From NCBI GenBank assembly GCA_951406725.2, contig OX597836.1, positions 35,898,001 through 35,962,000 of the forward strand: 64,000 bases of DNA. Reading direction: 5' to 3'. The DNA comes from Octopus vulgaris (lineage: Eukaryota). Both the position numbers and the translations under genes were made by a program. Of this stretch, positions 25,801-38,568 are shown piece by piece. The notes beneath the pieces are model-generated. The model made no database searches. It was not told where the DNA came from and saw nothing but the letters and a program-made list of their open reading frames with translations. Positions within the stretch are counted from its first letter, which is position 1, and the number at the start of each line of letters is the position of its first letter.

Positions 25801-26213
25801 GCGCAGGAGTGGCTGTGTGGTAAGTAGCTTGTTTACCAACCTCGTGGTTCTGGGTTCAGTCCCACTGCCTGGCACCTTGGGCAAGTGTCTTCTACTATAG
25901 CCTCGGGCCGACCAGTGCCTTGTGAGTGGATTTGGTAGACGGAAACTGAAAGAAGCCCGTCGTATATATGCATATATATGTATGTGTGTGTGTTTGTGTA
26001 TCTGTGTTTGTCCCCCTAGCATTGCTTGACAACCGATGCTGGTGTGTTTATGTCCCCGTCACTTAGCGGTTCGGCAAAAGAGATATTATAGAATAAGTAC
26101 TGGGCTTACAAAAGAATAAGTCCCGGGGTCGAGTTGCTCGACCAAAGGCGGTGCTCCCGCATGGCTGCAGTCAAATGACTGAAACAAGTGAAAGAATAAA
26201 AGAATAAAAGAAT
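25801..26213 (+). mobile_element. SINE family B, full length
   Basis: Consensus match. Confidence 0.92.
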
Positions 26214-27557
26214 ATCGGTATAATTTTTCAAAAAATAAATCAAGTGATTTTATTGGCACGGCTGTTTGGAACGCTATAAGCCTTACTATAATAACTATGT
26301 GATCTCTGCTATTTCTAGCGCGCTAAACGTGCTAGGGTTAGCCCGAAGTTTGTATAAATTATAGATATATTAGAACTACGATAAATTACTGAAAGAAATG
26401 TTTCCTAAGAATGTGAGATTATTTAAATATTGAAGTTTCCAGGAAAATTTACGTTCTGAACTTCCTTTTATTATTGAATATTTCAGGTTCACAAGTTTAA
26501 ATATTCAGGAGAAGATAGTTTGACAATCTGTCAATTGTTCAATTGAACCCACACGCTTTGTTAATTTCCGTAAAAGATTTATTTTTATTTTACTTTTTGC
26601 GCGACGTGTTCAACTCTATATATTTGTAACCAGTCACACACGCGTGTTATTGTATGTATGTTTGTATAAATGTATGTATGTGTGAGTTTATGAGTGTGTG
26701 TCAGAGAGAGAATGAGTGAGAGAGAGAGAGAGAGAGTGCAGGAGTGTGTTGTCATGTATACGTACATAAATAAATATATATGTATATATGCTTTTTGTAT
26801 CTATGTGGGCGCGTGTGTGAGAGAGAGAGAGAGAGAGTAATGTTTAAGTGGCACTCACACACACAATAAAATACTCACAAACACACGTCCATTTCATATA
26901 CACGTACATACGCCTTTCACTTGTTCCTCTCTTTCACTTTAAAACAAAAGTAAATAAATGAAAAAAAAATTTACGGAAATTAACGAACAAAACCAGCTGC
27001 CCGTTTTGACATTTCGGAGGTTTCCGCCGAAAGAATGCCAATAGTTATGCACGAACTTCTATTTTATTTATACGACTTGTTTTTTATTTTATGTTTATTT
27101 CGTTCATTGTTAGCAATGTCCTCCCTGCCCGCCTCTCTCTCTCTCTCTCTCACTGTCTCTGTAAGATAAAACACACACACAAACCTTTACTACCAGAAAA
27201 CCGCCCGGGGGCTGGTCTTATGCTAGCATATATAATATATGTATGTACGTGTGTGTGTGTGTGTTGTTATATAGGGCTGGTATGAACAAGAACAGAACTA
27301 ATTGTGGCCCTGCAAAAACCGACGGAATAAAACATCTTGTGCTAACAAGAAGCGCAAATTTGAATTCAGTTTTCTAATGAAACCGAGTTCGATTATGTAA
27401 AATGGAGGAATTTATATATAAATATAATATGTGACAATTGGTTGTCATATTAAAACTAAGATAAACAAAAACGCTATGACAAAACACAGTTGAATAAAGG
27501 GAAGTGCTCCAATAGGCATTGGGAGAGTGAAAATTCGTTCATATATACACACACATT

Positions 27558-27608
<51 letters not shown>

Positions 27609-27896
27609 CTGTATACATACTCACACACGTGTGTATATATACATACAAACACACATATATACATATACACTCATACATACGCGCATATACGAAATGGAGT
27701 TTATACGCACATGCATATACATACGCGGATAGATGTAATTACAAATAAAAACACATACTCGAAAAAAACTTAAACCGTAAAACATTCACATTCTCCGCAA
27801 AACTTTAATATGCAGATGAGTTATATATGTATATACACAAATACACCCTCCTGTCTGAAGGAAGGAGACAAGTACAACATGTAGAGTCTTGCACTC

Positions 27897-27933
<37 letters not shown>

Positions 27934-27972
27934 CTTTCGTACATATGTATATATGCACGCACATACACAATA

Positions 27973-29080
27973 GATATATACTACACGCGTAAGAGTTACA
28001 CAATTATAAAGGGTGAAAAATAATATAGCAAAAAACATATAAAGCAATAAAATATATATAAGAAATATATGAGAGATGTACATACGAAAGGCTTGAAGGT
28101 AGACATAATATAAAAAGTAGGTTCTATGTGTGATCTTGGTGGGTGCGAAAGCATTGCAAAATTTTGCCACGTGAGGACATTACCCAGAAAGTTCAGTTCT
28201 TGAATTTAGACATGTAGCATTGTCTAAACAAACTTTTCTAAATGAGCTTTCTTTCCATATCGTAAAGACCGCACTTTCCAAAGCCGTGGTTTATACTTGG
28301 CCATGATCTTCCAGTGAATCTTATAGCTGACACCTTTTCCTTTTAAGGACCATATATAACTGGATAATTTGGTTGTTTTCCTTTTATCTCAGTGTCTGGA
28401 GTTTAAGGTGTGATTGTTGAATCTGGTTTTAAAATTTCTCGTTTGTCATACCCACATATTTCTTTCACGCAACTGTCCTTAGTGGATGTAGAATCGACGG
28501 TGGCTTCATAAATGATGGCCTCGGTCATACAAGCTCCATTTAGCGGGCACAAACTCTGCAGGAACAGCAGGCTTAATTTGGCTGTTTTTGTATATTCTGT
28601 CCCATTATAATTTTAAAGTTAGTAGTATTACTAGAACTAATTTTTAAGCTATGTCAAAGATCTTTCTATAATTATGATTGATTGGAAAATGCCTATCTAT
28701 ATGTGATAAGAAATATCTAACTATATTAAAGGTCACTTCCGGAGAGTAATGTGGTGGGAACCAGATAATTTTCCTATTCCTATTTTTTCTTTCCTTTGTA
28801 ACTGGACTAATAACAGGTGTAGAGGTTATTTCTATCCTAAAACCGCTATCTTCTAGAGCTATATTGTATATTGGGGAAACACTATTAAAAAATGTTATAT
28901 TGGAGGAGAGGTTAGAAATTCTCTTGCTAATGTTTTTAACTAAATTCTTAAATACTATGGGGGGGATGGCAGGAAACTACATTAACATAGCTAAGTCTAA
29001 CGTTGGACTTTCTATAGTGTTTGTAAATACTCTTATTTAAATCTAAAGATACATCTAAGAAATAAACAACTGTCAGGTTA

Positions 29081-29082
<2 letters not shown>
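27973..29082 (-). mobile_element. Penelope-like retroelement 3' portion (RT end, linker, GIY-YIG endonuclease, 3'UTR), degenerate
   Basis: rc: YFLDVSLDLNKSIYKHYRKSN..SCHPP..KNISKRISNLSSN; RKNRNRKIIWFPPHYS; CPLNGACMTEAIIYEATV..KEYVGMT..FKTRFNNH..TTKLSSYIWSLK..WKIMAK. Confidence 0.88.
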
Positions 29083-29148
<66 letters not shown>

Positions 29149-29297
29149 ATATTATATTAAATTAGAGATAAAACCACTATTAGGCAAATCAAACAGTGAA
29201 AAAAAATAAACCAATACATAAAATTAATTTTAAAATATAAAAGTTAAAAACAAAAAATTATTTAAATAATTTAAACTTATAAATTATATATATATAT

Positions 29298-29347
<50 letters not shown>

Positions 29348-29395
29348 ATTTTTATAGTTATATATTATTTTATTAATTAATTAATTAATTAATTA

Positions 29396-29426
<31 letters not shown>

Positions 29427-29427
<1 letters not shown>

Positions 29428-29731
29428 GAGGCGCAATGGCCCAGTGGTTAGGGCAGTGAACCCGCGGTCACAGGATCGAGATTTCAATTCCCAGACCGGG
29501 TGTTATGAGTGTTTATTGAGCGAAAACACCTAAAAGCTCCACGACCCTCCGGCAGGGGGTGATGATCCCTGCTGTACTCTTTCACCACTCTTTCTCCCAC
29601 TCTTTCTTCTGTTGGCCTGCTCGCTCAGCCTGCGGGGTGGCGTCATACGAAGGCTAAAACAGTGCGAACGCATTGTGACCAACGATGTGTAACTACAGCT
29701 GATGGACTGGTCGGTCACGTGATCACGTGAT
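29427..29731 (+). mobile_element. SINE family C, tail type 2
   Basis: Shared tRNA-like head; tail ...gaaggctaaaacagtgcgaacgcattgtgacc...ggtcacgtgatcacgtga(TA)n. Confidence 0.85.
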
Positions 29732-30073
29732 ATATATATATGTATATACGTTAATTATGCGATTGAGAAATTGTAATACTGATATGTTTGGGAGAAATAG
29801 AGAAAGCAAACACTTTTAAAATTGAATTAACTCTGAAGTTTTTAGACTCCAGAGGAATTGACGTACGGTTTAACAACATTCCACGTTCATATCAACATAT
29901 TTAAACACATAAAAACGGTGACATAGAGAGCAACAGAGGAGAAAAAGATCTCATTACGTAAGGTATAACATGCAGACACATATACACATATGTATGTGTG
30001 TTACATTCACGTGCATACATACACAGAGCTATATATACATACATACATACATACATACATACACACACACACA

Positions 30074-30116
<43 letters not shown>

Positions 30117-30228
30117 TTACGCGCTGGGATCGATGTAATCGACTTAACCCGTTTGTCTGTCCTTGTTTGTCCCCTCTGTGTTTAGCCCCTTGTGGGTAGT
30201 AAAGAAATATATATATACGTACATGCAT

Positions 30229-30309
<81 letters not shown>

Positions 30310-30369
30310 TATATATATATATATATATATATAACGATACGATCAAAGTTTCACACTCGATCATTTGAA

Positions 30370-31400
30370 AGATACTGAAAAGATATTTGTTATTTTCAGC
30401 TCCAAAAATTATACACGTGTTACGTTAAATCGACTGAAAATATTCCACAAACTTTTGATGAGAAAGTGCTCCAAAGTGATGGTGGGCAGGATCCTTGTCA
30501 CAGTATCTATCATCTTCTCTCTAACTTGGGAAACAACCAAAACTTACAAGGGGCAGAGTCAGGACTGTAGAGTGGGTTAGGCCATCTCTGTCAAGTGGTT
30601 ACTTACCAGGATGGAATTCACAACTCGTGCATTGTTCTAGTGAATGTGTTTTGAACTTTGGCAATGTATTTTCTTCCTGAAATCCCTAAAAACCATCACA
30701 AAGTACTCTTTGTTGACTCTTTGGCCAGAAGAAAGCCAGTAGATATAGCCCATACACTTTCTGTCTAAAACAATTGATCATTATATGCTTATTGGTGGAA
30801 TTTCTTTTGTTGATGTTGCTTGGCCTGTCGCGCCAGCGAAAAAAAAGTTCGGCGCAGGAGTGGCTGTGTGGTAAGTAGCTTGCTAACCAACCACATGGTT
30901 CCGGGTTCAGTCCCACTGCGTGGCATTTGGGCAAGTGTCTTCTGCTATAGCCCCGGGCCGACCAATGCCTTGTGAGTGGATTTGGTAGACGGAAACTGAA
31001 AGAAGCCTGTCGTATATATGTATATATACATATGTGTGTGTGTGTGTATGTCTTAGTGTGTCTGTGTTTGTCCCCCTAGCATTGCTTGACAACCGATGCT
31101 GGTGTGTTTACGTCCCCGTCACTTAGCGGTTCGGCAAAAAAGAGACCGATAGAATAAGTACTGAGCTTACAAAAGAATAAGTCCCGGGGGTCGAGTTGCT
31201 CGATTAAAGGCGGTGCTCCAGCATGGCCGCAGTCAAATGACTGAAACAAGTAAAGAGTAATCCATTAGCAGTCTGGAGCATATGATAAGTTTCTGCCTGG
31301 TTTAACAAAAGATTTTATCGCCTAGCAAGCTTCCAAGCTGTCTCTCCATAACGATTTCATTCTGCGAACTAGTCAGCTGTGACAAGTATTATTCAGTAGG
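30370..31400 (-). mobile_element. Decayed mariner transposase remnant split by a SINE B
   Basis: rc: AETYHMLQTANG (N-terminal, ~31260-31300), H*NNARV and PNPLYSPDSAPCKFWLFP (~30530-30650; YSPDLAP motif). Confidence 0.6.
30851..31260 (+). mobile_element. SINE family B, full length
   Basis: Consensus match. Confidence 0.92.
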
Positions 31401-31753
31401 GTGTGTCCAAAGTAATGTCTTACTCATCTCCTTCAATCTGGAATAGACCAAAAAAAAAAAAACCTTGGCTGATCACATTATTCCATACATTGTCAAAATA
31501 TGCTAAAATTACGATTATCCAGAAGAGATATATCTGCCTCTTCTTAAAAGTCTCAAGACTTCTAGAATGCTTCTCCTATTGGCCCATGTGTGCATATGAT
31601 TTTTATGTATGTGAGATTAACGCTGATTAAATAACGCAACAGTAAACTTTTACAAGTATGGCATGTGAAACTGTTATTCGGATTATATAAGCTCTAGTTA
31701 TCTTACTGAAATTATCGTATATATAATCCTCCAGACAGTTATATAATGTGTGG

Positions 31754-31798
<45 letters not shown>

Positions 31799-31856
31799 TG
31801 TGTGTATATATACTCGTATGTATATACATGTATGTATGCATTTATTTACACACATA

Positions 31857-32260
31857 GGTGCAGGAGTGGCTGTATGGTAAGTAGCTTGCTAACCAACCAC
31901 ATGGTTCCGGGTTCAGTCCCACTGCGTGGCATCTTGGGCAAGTGTCTTCTGCTATAGCCCCGGGCCGACCAATGTCTTCTGAGTGGATTTGGTAGACGGA
32001 AACTGAAAGAAGCCTGTCGTATATATATGTATGTGTGTGTGTTTGTTTGTCTGTGTTTTTCCCCCTAGCATTGCTTGACAACCGATGCTGGTGTGTTTAC
32101 GTCCTCTTAACTTAGCGGTTCGGCAAAAAAGAGACCGATAGAATAAGTACTGGGCTTACAAAAAGAATAAGTCGCGGGGGTCGAGTTGCTCGACTAAAGG
32201 CGGTGCTCCAGCATGGCCGCAGTCAAATGACTGAAACAAGTAAAAGAGAAAGTAAAGAGA
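31857..32260 (+). mobile_element. SINE family B, full length
   Basis: Consensus match. Confidence 0.92.
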
Positions 32261-32889
32261 TATATACGGGGGGGGTGGGTACAATCGAGTTTTTGAAGTC
32301 AGTAAAACTTGCCTTCTTGCTTCTGAATTACGCCTCTTTACGTCTTTATATCATGTTGTTTTATCTGAGCTCGATAAACAGAATGCAACAGATAAAAATA
32401 CTCGGATCGATATAATTTACTAAAGAAAACAATTGAAGACATTGCTCCAGCATGGTAGGTGTCCAAACTGTCTAAGATCATCAAAAATAAAATAAATAAA
32501 TAAAACAGGACAATAATGATTCATAGAGCATGAAAATACTTCAGACTTACCTGTAGTATAAATTTCTTTGTTGTTCCGAAGTCAAAAGAAAACAACAGTG
32601 AACGAAGAACGCGCTTCGTAGAAAGAAAATTTCTGTGAGTTCGTGCGAAAGAGTGACATCATTCATACGGCCTCCATAGTTACAGTGATAATAGAGACTG
32701 GCATAGTTGCCATAACTACAGACACGATATTTATTTACGCATTAGACCTGACTGATTTTGGAAATTACTGTGAGGACACAGAATTAAATATTGAAATGCT
32801 TCGCTACGTGTTATAGTGAAGGGGTCTCTGTGTGTCCGCAAGGATGGCTAACAAATAACTGCATAAATTCCCTGAAAACGTACCCTCCT

Positions 32890-33318
32890 GGGATCTTTTC
32901 GGTTTGAACGGCAGTTTTCTTAAATAATTTCCACGTAACTAAACACTTTTAAACTTCGTATACTGGTAGAATGTGTTTATAAAACATCTTTTTCTCTTGG
33001 CTTGATTGAGAAAATTCTATAGTTTGTAAGATATTTGTTGTTGTTTTTCTTCAATTTCTGCAATTTCAACCAATCACTGACGTCTATTGAGGTAAAAAAA
33101 CATTCTGTGCCGTATGAATATGTCCCTCGTTTCAGAAACAGATTGGGTTTATATACATTTCTGAAGAAAAAAGATACCCTTCCCCCCACCACTAACCCTA
33201 ACTAACCCTAACCCTAAAACAGATTGAAATGCAATAGATCGATACTAGGGTCATAATTATGTGTGACAATTTCATATGACACCGCTAGAAAAACTGCCGT
33301 TCAAACCGAAAAGATCCC
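32890..33318. mobile_element. MITE with perfect ~30-bp TIRs
   Basis: gggatcttttcggtttgaacggcagttttt / aaaaactgccgttcaaaccgaaaagatccc; internal (CTAACC)-type repeats at ~33192-33216. Confidence 0.85.
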
Positions 33319-33559
33319 CCCGTGTCTTACTAAAAAAGGAAAAGAAACAGATTACTTTATATTAGGTGAGGTTAAACTGCTCTCATGCCTGTCGAACGAA
33401 TATCCACAACCAAGGAACTCTAATACAAACCGAAACCACGTTGTCTGGTTGTGTCAGTGCTAGGGTGGCAGGTGGTGATAGTGAGTGCCTACTGAAAAGT
33501 TTTTTTTGTTTTAATTGAACTAAGTTTCTTATAACACCTATCACTTAATCCATGCGCAT

Positions 33560-33830
33560 CCCAAATTTGCCATTCACTTTAGAAAGAAATACGTTTCATA
33601 TTCGCCTGCTATATTCAATGACGATCAATAAATCGTAAGGCCAGACATTTGACAAAGTGGGGCTGTTTTTGCCTGAACCTGCATTCGACCATGGTCAGCT
33701 ATATGTTGCATTCTCTAGGATTTGCAAAAGATCTAATGTAAGAGTTAAAGTTATCAACACTGACAAAAATGGGAAAACAAGATGGAGAACTTACACGAAG
33801 AACATAATCTGGAAAGAAGTATTGGATTGA
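33560..33830 (+). pseudogene. Helitron Pif1-family helicase C-terminal fragment
   Basis: [63 protein letters not shown]; motifs V/VI with an in-frame stop. Confidence 0.88.
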
Positions 33831-33982
33831 AACTTGTACACAAACTGAAATGTGTATTGGCTCTGACCCATCACCTTGGCTTATAAGTTACCAACAATGT
33901 GGTTTCCAGTGTGTGCCACGTTGCATTCAGTTTTCCGCCCCCGTGAACTTGTGACTCCTATATTTTACATATAATATAATAT

Positions 33983-34384
33983 TTTCGCACCCACCAAGAT
34001 CATACATAGAACCTGCTTTTTATATTATGTCTACATACAAGCCTTTCGTATGTATATCTCTCATATATTTCTTATATATATTTTATTGCTTTATATATTT
34101 TTTTGCTATATTATTTTTCACCCTTTATAATTGTGTAACTCTTACGCGTGTAGTATATATCATTTTCCAATCAATCATAATTATAGAAAGATCTTTAATT
34201 GACATAGCTTAAAAATTAGTTCTAGTAATACTACTAACTTTAAAATTATATTTGGACAGAACATACAAAACAGTAAAATTAAGCCGGCTGTTCCTGCAGA
34301 GTTTGTGCCCGCTAAATGGAGCTTGTATGACCGAGGCCATCATTTATGAAGCCACCGTCGACTCTACATCCACTAAGGACAGTT
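33983..34384 (+). mobile_element. Permuted fragment of the Penelope family at 27973-29082
   Basis: 33983-34160 matches rc of ~27974-28150, joined to 34161-34384, which matches rc of ~28471-28691. Confidence 0.85.
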
Positions 34385-34439
34385 TTCTAAGATATGAAAT
34401 TGTGACCATGTGAATTTTAAAATGTAATTTATTTCTCAG

Positions 34440-34646
34440 ATGCAGCACGAAGCTTTGTCAGTGAACAGGTCGCGGTCTCAAAGCGACGAAAATATTTTGA
34501 CAAATTAAATTTAAATATTGAAGTGAATCTAACGGTTTTTGTGTGTTTCTTAAATGGCTTACAAACACCTTCTACGCTGCAATTGTGTTCGTTCCAGCAC
34601 ACAATCTCAGATCAAGTCACTTGCTATGCAAGTACATCTCCGTAAT
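34440..34646 (+). mobile_element. Unclassified interspersed repeat (same family as the palindrome at 61590-61940)
   Basis: cagtgaacaggtcgcggtctcaaagcgacgaaaat...gaagtgaatctaacggtttttgtgtg...gagatcaagtcac shared. Confidence 0.8.
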
Positions 34647-34971
34647 TTATTTCTGTTTATGGGGAAAATGGGAAAATGGGGTGAATATTAATTTTATGAG
34701 TACTGTGTATTAAGTCTTTAAAAGAGTGCATAAATTATACATAGTATATTTAACAAGTGCATTAAGTAATCAACGTATTCCAATTTTCTTCACTTTTCAT
34801 TGAATAGCAAATGAGCAACTACCTTTTGATAAAGACACAACACAGGCCATGCTTTCAGGCTTTACGGATAAAGTTTTCATGAATAACCCATTAGATTCAC
34901 TATTAATTCCGTGAAATAATCACGGGTCGCGCCAGTAAACAACATATATATATATGCATATATATATATAC

Positions 34972-35069
<98 letters not shown>

Positions 35070-35119
35070 GTGTATATATATATATGTATATATTTATATA
35101 TATATATATATACATATAA

Positions 35120-35204
<85 letters not shown>

Positions 35205-35216
35205 CATTTATATATG

Positions 35217-35259
<43 letters not shown>

Positions 35260-35500
35260 ATATATGCCTGCTCGCTTAGCCAGCGGGGCGGCGACATTTG
35301 AAGGCTAAAACAATGCGAAGTGCATTGTGACCAGCGATGTGTAGCAACATCTGATAGTCTGTTCAGTCACGCTGATCACAGTGATATATATATATATACA
35401 TGCACATATATATATATATACTACAAACATACACACACACACACATATATAAATATATATATATATATATACGCATCTCTCTCAATACATATGTATGTGC

Positions 35501-35541
<41 letters not shown>

Positions 35542-36586
35542 AACACGATGATGCCGGATGAAATGTCTCTGATCCCAAATCGGATGGATAGGGCCTGGCA
35601 GGAGAGTTAACAACAACAATAACGTCATACCCATGAAAATCAGATATCAGGAAAACATTTTCACCTAGGGTGACAAAAGGTAGAAATTCAATTTCAAAGA
35701 CAAATTTACCATGTGATAACGAACTTATAAAACAAGGAATAAACTAAGAGAATGATGAATTTTACTGACATAACATTATGATTGAATAGTGATGAACATT
35801 AATAGATTCCAGCATTGCTTACTTTAATATCCTCCGAGTGGAGGATAATTGGTGGACCTATTCATAATGTATGTCTTTACTTCATTTGTCTTATAAACGA
35901 GTTAACATAAGTGATATTTTTACTTGAAATACCTCCTACGTATCGTATTGTAACTAATACAAGTTGACAAATACGTGAAATATCGTCTCGTAAATCGATT
36001 ATCTTCTTATACATTCTTTCACAAGGCATTACCCTAAACGAAACCATTATATTATTTGTGTTGAATTATCCGTTTTCATGAACACTGAATCTATATGATA
36101 CAACCGACAGAAGATGTCAACTGTTGCATTTTCAATTTCTGAGATATTAAGAAGAGATAAGAGAGCAATATCTCAATTATTTCATTTTCAATGTCATGTC
36201 AGTAAAAATAAAAAATAAAAATGATAATATTTCTTGTGATGTAAAAAAAAAAAGAAATAATTTTTCCTGCTTGTAAAAGATATCTCGTAACTCAAGCTAA
36301 CTTACCAATTAATTTTATCAAGATATTTGCAGACAATACGTCTCAAATGAAATCAAGGTTCAAAGCCGCGAAAAGGCTATCTCATACATATAATTTAAAT
36401 ATAATTTGGTGTCGCGTTAAATGAAAATTGACTGAGATTTTGGTATGATATTCAATGATACGAAAATAATTTTCCTTATGAAGATATGGCGAGGTATAAT
36501 TAAGTGGAGTGCATTTAAGCAAAAATAGAACTTTATCGCTTACCCTGCTAATCTGGTAGTTATAACTTATTTCAGATCATTTGTTA

Positions 36587-36974
36587 TCTCTCTCTATATA
36601 AACGGCAGTTTGTCTGTGCGTGTTTCTGTGTGTCTGTTTTCTCGTACCCTCACCCTGACCACGGCTTTCAACCGATTCTGATGAAACTTGACACACACAT
36701 AGCCCAATGTCATAATTCAAAACTAACGCAGCGAAAATTTTGAAAAGTTCCCCCAGTTCTGAAAAAAATCGATAAATTCGACATGGGGTCGAGAATCAGA
36801 AACACAAACCACAGACTGTCTAGGGGACGCAACTCAACCTTTTTTTAACTCTCAAAAAAAAATTTACCATCATTTTTTTTTCCATTTTTTTGCTATTTTT
36901 TGGCTATAACTCTCTAAAAATGCTTTATAGTTATTTCCCTTACAAACCTGAGCAACGCCGGGCGATACTGCTAG
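36587..36974 (+). mobile_element. Non-autonomous Helitron (different 5' body, shared 3' end)
   Basis: a|TCTCTCTCTATATAAAC...cctgagcaacgccgggcgatactgCTAG|t. Confidence 0.85.
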
Positions 36975-37287
36975 TATGTTAATAGAGGGTAAAATAGTAC
37001 GAGGTCAAGTTTCTTGTATGTCATTTTTATGCAATTGTTGAATTGGAAAAGTCGAGTGACATAACACATCTTTCATTTATTGCTTTTTACTTGCTTCGGT
37101 AATGAGACTGCGGCCATGCTGGGGCACCACCTTCGACGATTTTTGGCGACTGAATCGACGACAATACTGGTATTCATTCTACCGGTTTCCTTTGTCGAAC
37201 CACTTATTTACGGAGACGTAGACACACCAACACCGGTTGCCTAGTGGTGGTGAGGGACAGACACAAACACTGACACAGTGACACCCG

Positions 37288-37456
<169 letters not shown>

Positions 37457-37614
37457 GGTTATCCGTAATAATGAAGGGTGAAATTAATTAATTTGGAATA
37501 ATTATCAATTACACCAAGTAGTCTTCGGCATGTAAAAGCCTCATTCGAGGAAAATTTAAGTAATACTAAGCAATAAAGGGTAAGGCAATTCGTTGCCAAA
37601 CCCTTTATTGCTTA

Positions 37615-37653
<39 letters not shown>

Positions 37654-37698
37654 TATGTATATATATATTTATTTATACATGTGTGTATGTGTGTGTGT

Positions 37699-38025
37699 GG
37701 AGGTGCAATGGCTCAGTGGTGAGGGCAGCGGACTCGCTGTCGTAGGATCGCAGGTTCAATTCCCAGACCGGGCGTTGTGAGTGTTTATTGAACGAAAACG
37801 CCTAAAGCTCCGACAGAGGGTGGTGGAGATCCCTGCTGTACTCTTTCGTCACAACTTTCTCTCACTCTTTCAACGGGGTGGCGTCATTTGAAGGCTAAAT
37901 CAATGTGAAGCGCATTGTGACCAGCGATGTGTAGCAACAACCGATAGCCGTTGCGTACTGGGGTCAATCTAATCGACTGCTCCCCTCCCCAAATCTTTCG
38001 GGCCTTGTGCCTAGAGTAGAAAACA
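37699..38025 (+). mobile_element. SINE family C (tail 2) continuing into a SINE A-like 3' end
   Basis: Head plus tail 2 to ~37948, then gttgcgtactggggtcaatctaatcgact...gggccttgtgcctagagtagaaaa. Confidence 0.75.
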
Positions 38026-38139
38026 ATAATAGGAGCTTAAAGAAAGAGCAGGGAAGTTGCATCTATGAGTTCCATGTTTGTCTGTTTCTATCTGTGTGCG
38101 ATAGTGATGTGAGTCATGTCAGATATTAAACCAACTCTT

Positions 38140-38568
38140 GGGGTTTAATATCGCGGACGCCTCAGTATATCGCGGACGCATCAGTATATCGCGGATTTCT
38201 GCGGCCGATAGGTATTTATATTTTTTTAGATTTTAATTTTTCTGTACTAACTTAATCATTTTCACGCCTAGACATTATTCATTTAATAGATAAAAGGTGT
38301 TATACAGTATTGCACAGTATAACATATTAATTAAAATAATCAAAATATATTAAAAGTCAGTACGTAGTGTACCGCAGATGAGAACGGTACAGAAAACGAA
38401 AGTCGGGAAGCGAGTGTGTGGTGTTCTCCTGTATTTATAACAAAATATACAAATTATAAAAATAATATAAAAGAATATAAGGTACAGTACTGTTTCCATT
38501 TCGCGGATTTTCACTTATCGCGGCGGGTTTTGTAATGTAACACCCGCGATAGTCGTAGAATTATTGTA
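38140..38568. mobile_element. Tigger/pogo-like non-autonomous DNA transposon remnant
   Basis: End ttcgcggattttcacttatcgcgg...cccgcgatagtcgtagaattattgTA resembles recalled Tigger-type subterminal/TIR architecture; tatcgcgg motif repeated. Confidence 0.5.

Noticed and set aside
33192-33216. Telomere or chromosome-fusion scar
   Set aside because: Only about four units, and internal to a MITE.
33560-33830. Host PIF1 gene exon
   Set aside because: In-frame stop in motif V, Helitron-type C-terminus, and no other exons.
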